Shown piece after piece: positions 47,319 through 56,220 of a stretch of 64,000 nt of DNA. Position 1 is the first letter of the stretch; every line of letters starts with the position of its first letter. Origin of the DNA: an uncultured Flavobacteriaceae bacterium (lineage in GTDB: Bacteria; Bacteroidota; Bacteroidia; Flavobacteriales; Flavobacteriaceae); contig CAVVXE010000004.1 of assembly GCA_963752165.1 (NCBI GenBank), positions 5,437 through 69,436 on the forward strand, given 5' to 3'. The translations under genes were made by a program, and so were the position numbers. A model generated the notes under the pieces. It made no database searches, was not told the origin of the DNA, and worked only from the letters and a program-made list of their open reading frames with translations.

Positions 47319-48953
47319 ATGAAAAACAATTTACTAATGCTATGTATTTTCTTGGCATCGCTATCCTACGGTCAACAGAAAACAACTTCAAACGACACCT
47401 ATGATCTCGTCATTTTAAACGGTCGTGTCATAGATCCTGAAACGCTCTTTGACGATGTCGCAAATGTGGGCATCAAGGACGGTCGCATTGTCGCGATTAC
47501 TAAAAAGGCAATCAAAGGCACAGAAACTGTGGATGCAACAGGTAAAATTGTTGCGCCCGGCTTCATTGATACGCATTTCCACTTTCAAACGCCAATCGGT
47601 TATTCCCTTGGATTGCGCGATGGCCTGACCAGCAGCATGGATTTCGAGATGGGCTGTGCGGGATCCTATATCGACCGCTGGTATAAAGATCGTGCCGGTG
47701 TGACCCAGGCCAACTATGGCATCGCGGTGAGTCACGAGTTTGCCCGCGCAATGTTCATCGACGGTTCAGACGGCGCCGATTACCTGAAAGACGGCCCCAT
47801 AGCCGCTTACACCACCCGGGCGAAAACGGGCTGGAGCCAAACACGTCCCACCCTGGAACAGGGCAACGCAATTCTCCAAGAGATTGACAAGGGCCTACAG
47901 GCTGGTGCCGTGGGAGTCGGCAGCACCGTGGGCTACATGAGAGAGGGCGTCTCTTCACGCGAGATGTTTGAAATACAGAAAGTCGGCGCACGCTATGGTC
48001 GCCCTACCGGCGCACATACACGCTATACGCTTGGCAACGACACACAAGAGAATAATGGCGCGCAGGAACTTATTGCCAACGCCGTGGCGCTTGGCGCCCC
48101 AGCGATCGTCGAGCACTTCAACAACCCCGGCTGGCGCCTTGCGCACGAAATGGTCACCGGGCTTCAAGAGCAGGGCCACAATATATGGGGTGAAATCTAT
48201 CCCTACGCTGCGGGTTCCACCACGATTAATGCTTCGTTCCTGGAGCCTCAAGTCTGGCTCGATGTCATGGGTAATCGCTATGAAGATACCATGCTGGATC
48301 CGGTCACGAATGAGTATTATACCCTGGAGACTTATAAGGCCACCGTCGCATCCGAACCGACCAGGCCGATCGTCATTTTCAAGATGCCCGAGGAAGACCA
48401 GGCGAAGTGGTTGACGCTCAAAGGTGTGACCATGGCCAGCGATGCGGTTGGAGCCACGCCCTACCTCGCACCATGGGATTACCCGATGGACTCACTTGGC
48501 GGCACCCACCCCCGCACGGCTGGTGCCCGAGGCGCTACGATAAGACTAGGTCGGGAAAACAACATCCCGATGATGCAGCTAATGTCGATCCTTAGCTACA
48601 ACGCAGCTAAGCATATGGGCGATACGGGGCTGAAGTTCATGCAAGAGCGCGGCCGCATCCAGACCGGCATGGTTGCCGATATCGTGGTGTTTGACCCGGA
48701 AACCTTCAGGGATAATTCAACCTACCAAAAGGGTGCTGTCCCTTCAACGGGCATGAGAGCGGTGATCGTCAACGGTCAGGTGGTTGTGCGCGACGATGTG
48801 CAACTCCCGGTTTTTCCTGGTCAGCCGATCCGTTTTGAACCGGAAGACAAGCCGCGTTTCGAGCCGATCTCGGTAGAATCGTGGAATGCCCAATTCTCGA
48901 CCGGTATGCCATCTGGATTCACGGGAGGTGTTCCTGAGGACCACAAACACTGA
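47319..48953 (+). CDS. N-acyl-D-amino-acid deacylase (D-aminoacylase)-like amidohydrolase, exported
   Basis: Signal peptide, then YDLVILNGRVIDPE...GIKDGRIVAI...APGFIDTHFHF and C-terminal GRIQTGMVADIVVFDP. The body is GC-rich and the 5' ~80 nt is AT-rich. Overlapping ORFs 47415..48595 are shadows. Confidence 0.75.
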   Translation: MKNNLLMLCIFLASLSYGQQKTTSNDTYDLVILNGRVIDPETLFDDVANVGIKDGRIVAITKKAIKGTETVDATGKIVAPGFIDTHFHFQTPIGYSLGLRDGLTSSMDFEMGCAGSYIDRWYKDRAGVTQANYGIAVSHEFARAMFIDGSDGADYLKDGPIAAYTTRAKTGWSQTRPTLEQGNAILQEIDKGLQAGAVGVGSTVGYMREGVSSREMFEIQKVGARYGRPTGAHTRYTLGNDTQENNGAQELIANAVALGAPAIVEHFNNPGWRLAHEMVTGLQEQGHNIWGEIYPYAAGSTTINASFLEPQVWLDVMGNRYEDTMLDPVTNEYYTLETYKATVASEPTRPIVIFKMPEEDQAKWLTLKGVTMASDAVGATPYLAPWDYPMDSLGGTHPRTAGARGATIRLGRENNIPMMQLMSILSYNAAKHMGDTGLKFMQERGRIQTGMVADIVVFDPETFRDNSTYQKGAVPSTGMRAVIVNGQVVVRDDVQLPVFPGQPIRFEPEDKPRFEPISVESWNAQFSTGMPSGFTGGVPEDHKH

Positions 48954-48969
48954 TCGTGACAATTACACC

Positions 48970-49006
48970 CAACGGGTTAATAAATAGTTTTTTTATTAAT
49001 CCGTTG
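48970..49006 (+). terminator. AT-rich hairpin after the D-aminoacylase-like gene
   Basis: caacgggttaataaa-tagtttt-tttattaatccgttg has one mismatch and is bounded by ACCCAAC ... GTTGCTG. Confidence 0.5.
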
Positions 49007-49033
49007 CTGTTTAAATGAGTAAATAAAATCAAA

Positions 49034-50785
49034 ATGAAAAAAATAGTATTCACACTTTTAGGAATCTTACTATTGCTATCTTCTTGTAAAGAAGGTGCCA
49101 AAAGTAATAAGGAAACGCCTGCGTCTTCTTCTGATATAACCATCTATTATGGTGGTGACATTATTACCATGGAAGGAGAAGAAGCACAATATGCTGAAGC
49201 TGTGGTTCAGCAAAATGGCAAAATCACTTTCGTAGGTACACTAAAAGACGCAGAAAAACAATTTCCCAAAGCCAACAAAAACGATTTGCAAGGCAAAACA
49301 CTTTTACCTGGATTTATTGATGGGCATGGCCACCTTTATCTAACAGGTTTTTACAATATGATGGCCAATCTAATGCCTCCGCCAGATGGAAATTGCAATA
49401 GTATTCAAGGCGTAGTAGATGAGATGAATACATGGAAAGATTCAGAAAAAGGGAAGTTTTTTTTGAACAAGTTTGGATGGCTGGTCGGCTTTGGGTATGA
49501 CGATTCTCAATTGGCAGAAAAAGAACATCCCACGGCCGATGACCTGGACAAAGTAAGCACGGAAGTTCCTGTCATTATTGTACATCAGTCAGGTCATTTG
49601 GGTTCGGTGAACCATAAGGCATTGGAAGTTTTCAATATCACGAAAGAGAGTCAAGATCCAGTAGGAGGTCACATCAGAAAAGATGCCGATGGCAATCCAA
49701 ATGGAATCCTTGAAGAAACCGCATTTCAGCCCTTACAATTGCAAATGTTGCCCAAAATAGACGATGAAATAGATGCTAAAATTGTTGAAAACGGACAAAA
49801 AATGTATGCCCAATTTGGATACACCACTGCACAGGAAGGTGGCGGCGTTACAGGCTTTAACAATTCTTTGAAAAAAGCGGCAGATAACGGAGAACTTTAT
49901 ATAGATTTGGTAAACTACCCGGTTATGGATATGGGCATTGAAGCCATGGACAGCAAGTATTATACAAAAGATCATAGTTACTTGAACCATTATCGTGTAG
50001 GCGGGGTAAAATTAGTATTGGATGGGTCACCACAGGGAAAAACGGCATGGCTTACCCAGCCCTATTTTGTACCACCTTCAGGGAAAGACCATCATTATCA
50101 TGGGTACCCTAAATATACAAAGGAAGATGCGCAAAAATTTATTGATCAGGCGTTCCAAAATCAATGGCAATTATTGGCGCACACCAATGGAGACGCTGCT
50201 GTGGATGAATTTCTTTTCGGCATCAAGGAGGCCTTAAAAAATCATGGCTACGATGATCATCGTTCCACAATAATTCATGGGCAGGTGATTCGGAAAGATC
50301 AGATCCAACAAATCGCTGATTTAAATGTGCTCGCTTCCGAGTATGCGGTACATACCTTCTATTGGGGCGACTGGCATTTAAACTCAGTGCTAGGATCGCC
50401 ACGGGCAGAATACATCTCGCCTACCAGAGACCTTATAGACGCAGGAATTAATTTAACCAGTCATTCAGACTGCCCGGTGATACCCCCCAATTCATTAAGA
50501 ATAATCGATGCTACCACAAACCGGGTAACCCGAAGTGGATTGATACTCGGCCCAGGACAGCGGACGACGCCTTATGAAGCCTTGCTTTCACAAACGCGTT
50601 GGGGCGCTTATCAGTATTTTGAGGAAGACCACAAAGGGACGCTCACCGTAGGCAAATTGGCTGATTTTGTGATTTTAGACCAAAATCCGCTAAAAATTGA
50701 TCCCATGAAGATTCATACCATAAAAGTGGCAGAAACCATCAAGGAAGGGAAACAGGTCTATGAAAATAATGATTCCAATTATTAA
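49034..50785 (+). CDS. amidohydrolase-3 family (YtcJ-like) metallohydrolase, lipoprotein
   Basis: Lipobox LLLSSCKE, then LLPGFIDGHGHL, LVLDGSPQGKTAW, AHTNGDAAVD and a C-terminal GTLTVGKLADFVILD motif. Confidence 0.8.
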   Translation: MKKIVFTLLGILLLLSSCKEGAKSNKETPASSSDITIYYGGDIITMEGEEAQYAEAVVQQNGKITFVGTLKDAEKQFPKANKNDLQGKTLLPGFIDGHGHLYLTGFYNMMANLMPPPDGNCNSIQGVVDEMNTWKDSEKGKFFLNKFGWLVGFGYDDSQLAEKEHPTADDLDKVSTEVPVIIVHQSGHLGSVNHKALEVFNITKESQDPVGGHIRKDADGNPNGILEETAFQPLQLQMLPKIDDEIDAKIVENGQKMYAQFGYTTAQEGGGVTGFNNSLKKAADNGELYIDLVNYPVMDMGIEAMDSKYYTKDHSYLNHYRVGGVKLVLDGSPQGKTAWLTQPYFVPPSGKDHHYHGYPKYTKEDAQKFIDQAFQNQWQLLAHTNGDAAVDEFLFGIKEALKNHGYDDHRSTIIHGQVIRKDQIQQIADLNVLASEYAVHTFYWGDWHLNSVLGSPRAEYISPTRDLIDAGINLTSHSDCPVIPPNSLRIIDATTNRVTRSGLILGPGQRTTPYEALLSQTRWGAYQYFEEDHKGTLTVGKLADFVILDQNPLKIDPMKIHTIKVAETIKEGKQVYENNDSNY

Positions 50786-50805
50786 TAGTTAAAAAAACAA
50801 AAATC

Positions 50806-51735
50806 ATGAAACAATTAAAAACAGTATCTGCTGACAAAAGTATTGCTCAGAAGATCGAGAAAATTACCCAAGGGCTGGTTGGCCGCATTGGTGTGGCTGC
50901 ACAGGAACTTAGTTCAGGGCTGCATGTCAGCATAAATGGCGATGAAACCTTTTGTATGGCGAGTGCTTATAAAGTAGCGATCGCCGCGAAAGTGATGGAT
51001 CTCGTGGACAAAGGGGAACTCAGTCTCGACCAGATGGTCGACGTCCCGCAAGACATGTATGTCGCCGGCGTAGTTGCGATTGCCGAGAGATTCCCCTACC
51101 CCGGGGTCCAGTTCTCGTTAGCGAACTTGATATATCCGATGATCACAGAGAGTGACAACACGGCGACCGACGTTTGCATGAAGCTAGTAGGTGGACCAGC
51201 AGCGGTGACCGAGAACCTCCGCAGGCTCGGGATCACCGACTTCAGAGTCGACAGGCCTGTCCGCGGGATTCTCATGGATTTCTACGGCCTGTCAGCGGTC
51301 AACCCAGTTGCTATCGTTGAGGCCATCGGCAAGAACCCTGCACTGGTGGCGGCCCAGGTTGATTGCAATCTAGACTTCGAGGCGGATCCCCGCGATCACA
51401 CTTCGCCCAATGCGTACCTGCAACTCCTGCTTGCCATCGACAATGGCACGGCGATGAGCCCGAAAAGCCGTGAGTTCCTGCTAGGTGTCATGTCGCGCAC
51501 GCGCACCGGCGATGGCCGACTCAAGGGATTGTTGCCCAAGGGAACGCCCGTAGCACACAAGACCGGAACCTTAGGCGGAGTTGCCAACGACGTGGGCTAT
51601 ATCACACTTCCCGACGGTCGAAGATTTGCCATTGCGGTGTTCACCAACAGCAGCATGACACCCGCTGAGGACAGAGAACGCGCTATTGCAGAAGTTGCCC
51701 GCGCTTTATACGACTTTTACTATCTCCAGTCATAA
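50806..51735 (+). CDS. class A beta-lactamase-family serine hydrolase, copy 1 (no signal peptide)
   Basis: SxxK (MASAYK), SDN (ESDNTA) and KTG (HKTGT) motifs are present. It is GC-rich and starts 20 nt after the upstream stop with MKQLKTVSADKS, which has no hydrophobic leader. Confidence 0.8.
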   Translation: MKQLKTVSADKSIAQKIEKITQGLVGRIGVAAQELSSGLHVSINGDETFCMASAYKVAIAAKVMDLVDKGELSLDQMVDVPQDMYVAGVVAIAERFPYPGVQFSLANLIYPMITESDNTATDVCMKLVGGPAAVTENLRRLGITDFRVDRPVRGILMDFYGLSAVNPVAIVEAIGKNPALVAAQVDCNLDFEADPRDHTSPNAYLQLLLAIDNGTAMSPKSREFLLGVMSRTRTGDGRLKGLLPKGTPVAHKTGTLGGVANDVGYITLPDGRRFAIAVFTNSSMTPAEDRERAIAEVARALYDFYYLQS

Positions 51736-51762
51736 GGCAAATAAGATTTTTCATGCATAAGA

Positions 51763-51812
51763 CCTTGGTTGCGACGGGCGGCGCGAAATGGTGCCGCCCA
51801 ACCAAGGCTTTT
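51763..51812 (+). terminator. long GC-rich hairpin between the two beta-lactamase-like genes
   Basis: ccttggttg-cgac-gggcggc...gccgccc-aaccaagg followed by cttttgg. Confidence 0.6.
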
Positions 51813-51861
51813 GGTTCTCATATCAGATAAACTCAATTATTAATATTTAAAAAATAGAATC

Positions 51862-52848
51862 ATGAAAAAACACATTGTACTTTTATTTACTGTAATAATC
51901 TCGTCATTATTTGCAGTTCAACCGGCATTAGCTCAGAAGCAAAATATAAAAGATGTTTCTCAGAAGATAGAGAAACTTACGGAGAAGCTGGTTGGCCGCA
52001 TTGGTGTGGCTGCACAGGAAATTGGCGGCGACGAGGTCATCGCGATCAATGGTGATGAGACCTTCGCCATGGCCAGCACCTATAAGGTGGCGATCGCCGC
52101 GAAAGTGATGGATCTCGTGGACAAGGGGGAACTCAGTCTCGATCAAATGGTCGACGTTCCGCAAGACATGTATGTCGCCGGCGAAGTTGCGATTGCCGAG
52201 AGATTCCCTTACTCTGGGGTCCAGTTCTCGTTAGCGAACTTGATATATCCGATGATCACAGAGAGTGACAACACGGCGACCGACGTCTGTTTGAAGCTGG
52301 TAGGTGGACCAGCAGCAGTGACCGAGAACCTGCGCAGGCTCGGGATCACCGACTTCAGGGTCGACAGGCCTGTCCGCGAGATTCTCATGGATTTCTACGG
52401 CTTGCCAGCGGTCACCCCGGAAGCTATCGTTGAGGCCATCAGCAAGAACCCGGCACTGATTGCGGCCCAGCTTGATCCTAATCCGGACTTCGAGGCGGAT
52501 CCCCGCGACCATACAACGCCCAATGCATACCTGAAACTCCTGCTTGCCATAGACAATGGCACAGCGATGAGCCCTGAAAGTCGTGAGTTCCTGCTGGGCG
52601 TCATGTCGCGCACGCGTACCGGCGCCGGCCGACTCAAGGGATTGCTGCCGAAGGGAACGCCCGTAGCGCACAAGACCGGAACCTTAGGCGGAGTTGCCAA
52701 CGATGCTGGCTATATCACGCTCCCTGATGGTAGACGATTTGCTATCGCCGTGTTCACCAACAGTAGTGAGACGCCCTCTGCTGACAGAGAACGTGCTATT
52801 GCGGAAGTTGCCCGCGCTTTATATGACTTTTATTATTTAAAGTCATAA
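51862..52848 (+). CDS. class A beta-lactamase-family serine hydrolase, copy 2 (with signal peptide)
   Basis: MKKHIVLLFTVIISSLFAVQPALAQ leader (AT-rich), then a GC-rich body about 9 in 10 residues identical to copy 1. Motifs MASTYK, ESDNTA, HKTGT. Confidence 0.85.
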   Translation: MKKHIVLLFTVIISSLFAVQPALAQKQNIKDVSQKIEKLTEKLVGRIGVAAQEIGGDEVIAINGDETFAMASTYKVAIAAKVMDLVDKGELSLDQMVDVPQDMYVAGEVAIAERFPYSGVQFSLANLIYPMITESDNTATDVCLKLVGGPAAVTENLRRLGITDFRVDRPVREILMDFYGLPAVTPEAIVEAISKNPALIAAQLDPNPDFEADPRDHTTPNAYLKLLLAIDNGTAMSPESREFLLGVMSRTRTGAGRLKGLLPKGTPVAHKTGTLGGVANDAGYITLPDGRRFAIAVFTNSSETPSADRERAIAEVARALYDFYYLKS

Positions 52849-52884
52849 AACACATATTTATTTAACTATTAAAAATTAAACATT

Positions 52885-54153
52885 TTGAGTAAACAAGACA
52901 GAATAAACGAGATGCTAAACTTAGTAACTCCCATGAGCAAATGGAAAAAGCCGCAATCAGTTGATTTTGTTGATGCTGCTACAAAACGATATAGTTTTCC
53001 AAACTGGCAATCAGGAAGCGAAGATTCCATTTATTACAATTTACATATACCGGAATTTTTTAAATGTTGTGTGGTGCCAGCACCAGCGAATTCAACTACT
53101 ATAGAACGAGATCTTCATCCTGATTTATTGGATATAACTTTTACTGCATTTGACGGAACTACTACGCCTACTTTAAAAGAGTATTTAGGGGGAAAACGGC
53201 AGGTGCAAGCCATGATGATGGCGCACAAAGGAAAAGTGGTCTTTGAAACGTATCCGGGAATGAATCCAAATGATATACACATATGGATGTCGGCAGCTAA
53301 AACAACGGTGGGTTTATTGATTATGCTTCTTGCTGAAGATGGTAAGATAGATCTTGAAAAACCAATACCTACCTATGTACCAAGGTTAAAAGGTTCAGCT
53401 TGGGAAAAGGTAAGTGTAAAAAATGCCATGAACATGTCATCCGGACTTGATATTGAAGAAACGATAGAGAATCTATTGAATCCAAAATCCTGGATTGCGA
53501 ATTGGTTTACCGCTGCTTTTGAAGAAGGAAAAGGGGATTGGATAGCAATGGCTCAAGATGCACAACCTTTACCAAATGAATCTCCAGGTGAGCGTTTCAG
53601 ATATTCTGGTGCTAACACCATGATGCTGGTGCTTGTCACGGAACATGTAACAGGTATGCGGTGGCAAGAATACTTTAATGAACGCGTATGGTCTAAGATG
53701 GGAGCAAAAGGACAGTTCATTTGTGCACTTGCAGAGGGTATTCCATTAGGTGCAGGGCTTCACAATTGTACACCGGAAGATTTTCTTCGTTTTGCATTAA
53801 TACATACACCAAGCTGGAATGCAGTAGCAAGCGAACAGATCGTTTCAGATAATGTACTTAAAGCCATCCAAGATCTAGGAAACCATAAAGCCTATAAAGG
53901 ATCTACAGAAGAACAGTATGGTTCCGATTGGTTTGGAGAAGTTCCGGAAAAAAATACAGCACAATGGGATCATTATTTTCCTGATGGAGGCATGTTCAAA
54001 CACGGAAATATGGGGCAAGGGATCTATGTAGATCCGAAGCGTGACTTTTGTGGAATATACTTTGGCTTAGCCCCAAATCAAGATGAAATATCGGGAATCG
54101 ATCATTCACCCGGGTATTTAAGAGCTGCAGCGAAAAAGTTAGCAGGGAAATAA
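52885..54153 (+). CDS. beta-lactamase-related (class C / DD-peptidase / esterase-type) serine hydrolase
   Basis: 422 aa (TTG start in the track). SxxK motif in IWMSAAKTTVGLLI and general family-VIII esterase/aminopeptidase-like layout; no signal peptide. Confidence 0.65.
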   Translation: MSKQDRINEMLNLVTPMSKWKKPQSVDFVDAATKRYSFPNWQSGSEDSIYYNLHIPEFFKCCVVPAPANSTTIERDLHPDLLDITFTAFDGTTTPTLKEYLGGKRQVQAMMMAHKGKVVFETYPGMNPNDIHIWMSAAKTTVGLLIMLLAEDGKIDLEKPIPTYVPRLKGSAWEKVSVKNAMNMSSGLDIEETIENLLNPKSWIANWFTAAFEEGKGDWIAMAQDAQPLPNESPGERFRYSGANTMMLVLVTEHVTGMRWQEYFNERVWSKMGAKGQFICALAEGIPLGAGLHNCTPEDFLRFALIHTPSWNAVASEQIVSDNVLKAIQDLGNHKAYKGSTEEQYGSDWFGEVPEKNTAQWDHYFPDGGMFKHGNMGQGIYVDPKRDFCGIYFGLAPNQDEISGIDHSPGYLRAAAKKLAGK

Positions 54154-54167
54154 TAAATTAGTATAAG

Positions 54168-54208
54168 AAAAGGGCTCTGCCCGTAAAGCAGAGCTCTTTT
54201 AAAATGGA
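54168..54208 (+). terminator. hairpin element copy 1 (terminator-like, repeated three times)
   Basis: gggctctgc-ccgtaaa-gcagagctc followed by ttttaaaa. Related copies lie at 56168-56220 and 57576-57620. Confidence 0.65.
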
Positions 54209-54309
54209 GACCAAAAGCTTTATATCCATACACGATCTGGAAACGCTTATTTACAGCTTGCTTACTGTACTGTAAACTCTAATATAGCAAGTCCAGGATA
54301 TTCAGGAAC

Positions 54310-55155
54310 CTATTCAGGAAACAGAAAACTAACCGTAAACTGAATTTGACCTCCCTTGGCTCCAAGATCCGGTCTGACAGCATTATAATAGTAAGCTAGT
54401 GAGCCTTTAACGGCTTGATCTCCAAAGTGACCTAGTTTTGATACACTTAATCCGAAAGGAACAACGGCTTTTTGACCTTTCTCTGCATTCCAGTTTACAG
54501 TAATGGTAGGTCCAGTGCCTACTGTCCAACCTTTTGGTAAGTTGTAATTAATAAAATATTGAGTAAAAAATGAATTTTGAGGTCTCTCTTCTGAGCTGGC
54601 TTTATAATAGCCCCAGTTTTGAGCGGCCACAAAACCTAATGTCCATTTTCCAATACCGGTAAACATAACTACAGAGGGGCCAACGGCAAATCTGCCATTG
54701 CCCAATTCTGGTGATGTTGTGGCAGGAATGATGAGGCTTGGACCAAATCCGTAGGCGGTTTTACCGATAGGCTTTGGCGAAAAAAACGCAGTATAATTGA
54801 TTGCCCCAACTCCAAAAGTCTGCCCTGTTTCTGAATTGAGATCTGGCTGTATCTGGATAGGGATAATAGCCCGATTAATCATATTCCAATCTTTACCTAT
54901 TTTAGCAGGAAGTACAGGCTCTACGTTCAATACATATTGAGTTCTATCAAACTCGCCATTACCAAAGAAAAAATTGAATTGAAAAGGTATACTAATTAGT
55001 GATGCAATGGGATTTTGAGAAGCTTCAACAAGATCTTGTTGAGCATTATTGCTAGATTCAGCATTAGAAGAATCGGCTGGTGTCACTTGACCGTAGCTAT
55101 AAATAAAACATAACATAACCAGGGCAGCTGCCAGTATTATTTCTTTAGATTTCAT
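54310..55155 (-). CDS. outer-membrane beta-barrel channel, possibly Phenol_MetA_deg-type transporter family
   Basis: 281 aa with a signal peptide. NPIASLISIPFQFNFFFG...LNVEPVLPAKIG..WNMINRAIIPI matches my recollection of that family. It is the only minus-strand gene inside the + strand hydrolase block. Confidence 0.5.
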   Translation of the reverse strand: MKSKEIILAAALVMLCFIYSYGQVTPADSSNAESSNNAQQDLVEASQNPIASLISIPFQFNFFFGNGEFDRTQYVLNVEPVLPAKIGKDWNMINRAIIPIQIQPDLNSETGQTFGVGAINYTAFFSPKPIGKTAYGFGPSLIIPATTSPELGNGRFAVGPSVVMFTGIGKWTLGFVAAQNWGYYKASSEERPQNSFFTQYFINYNLPKGWTVGTGPTITVNWNAEKGQKAVVPFGLSVSKLGHFGDQAVKGSLAYYYNAVRPDLGAKGGQIQFTVSFLFPE

Positions 55156-55412
55156 TTTTATATAATTTAAGATATGAAGAATATATAGTTTGGCGTCTTT
55201 TACATAGCCAATGAAATATTGATTTTATTTTTTAATTTTCAAAAATTTATTTCAAATCAATATTAAAAATAGTATAATTTATAGCTTATAAAATTAGATT
55301 CGTGATGAATACTCCTTTTTTACTACTTAAGTAGTAGATCATTTATTACACGTTTTTTTTACCTTTTGATTGTATTATAAACTGGTGCTTTAGCACGGTG
55401 AATGACCAGTGG

Positions 55413-56163
55413 TGGGAAAGTGCCATGAACGTGTCATCCGGACTTGATATTGAAGAAACTATAGCGAATCTATTGAATCCAAAATCCTGGATTGCGAATT
55501 GGTTTACCGCTGCTTTTGAAGAAGGAAAAGGGGATTGGATAGCAATGGCTCAAGATGCACAACCTTTACCCAATGAATCTGCAGGTGAGCGTTTCAGATA
55601 TTCTGGTGCGAATACCATGATGCTGGTGCTTGCCACGGAACATGTAACAGGTGTGCGATGGCAAGAATACTTTAATGAACGGGTATGGTCTAAGATGGGA
55701 GCCAAAGGACAGTTTATTTGTGCGCTTGCAGAGGGCATTCCTTTAGGTGCAGGGCTTCACAATTGTACCCCGGAAGATTTTCTTCGTTTTGCATTAATAC
55801 ATACACCAAGTTGGAATGCAGTAGCAAGCGAACAGATCGTTTCAGATGATGTACTTAAAGCCATCCAGGATCTTGGAAATCCATAAAGCTTATAAAGGAT
55901 CTACAGAAGAACAGTATGGTTCAGATTGGTTTGGAGAAGTTCCGGAAAAAAATACAGCACAATGGGATCATTATTTTCCTGATGGAGGCATGTTCAAACA
56001 TGGAAATATGGGACAAGGGATCTATGTAGATCCGAAGCGTGACTTTTGTGGAATATACTTTGGCTTAGCCCCAAATCCGGATGAAATTTCAGGAATTGAT
56101 CATTCACCCTGGCTATTTAAGAGCTGCTGCAAAAAAGTTAGCAGGGAAATAATAAATGAGTAA
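55413..56163 (+). pseudogene. duplicated 3' two thirds of the 52885..54153 serine hydrolase gene, frameshifted
   Basis: 55413-56200 aligns with 53401-54205 with a few mismatches per 60 nt. It has a 12-14-nt gap near the start, a 1-nt insertion at ~55880 and another at ~56110. The track shows it as two ORFs (55398..55886, 55846..56163). Confidence 0.85.
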
Positions 56164-56167
56164 CCAA

Positions 56168-56220
56168 AAGAGCTCTGCCCATAAGCAGGGCCCTATTAAA
56201 TAACTTTAAAACAGAAAATT
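56168..56220 (+). repeat. hairpin element copy 2 (degenerate) abutting the amidohydrolase start codon
   Basis: agagctctgcccataagcagggccc...ctttaaaacagaaaatt. The final 17-mer is identical to 57604-57620. Confidence 0.7.

Noticed and set aside
50806-52848. Labelling the two class A-type genes as antibiotic-resistance beta-lactamases
   Set aside because: The three serine-hydrolase motifs are present. However, the omega-loop looks atypical, one copy lacks a leader, and substrate cannot be read from sequence. I call only the family.
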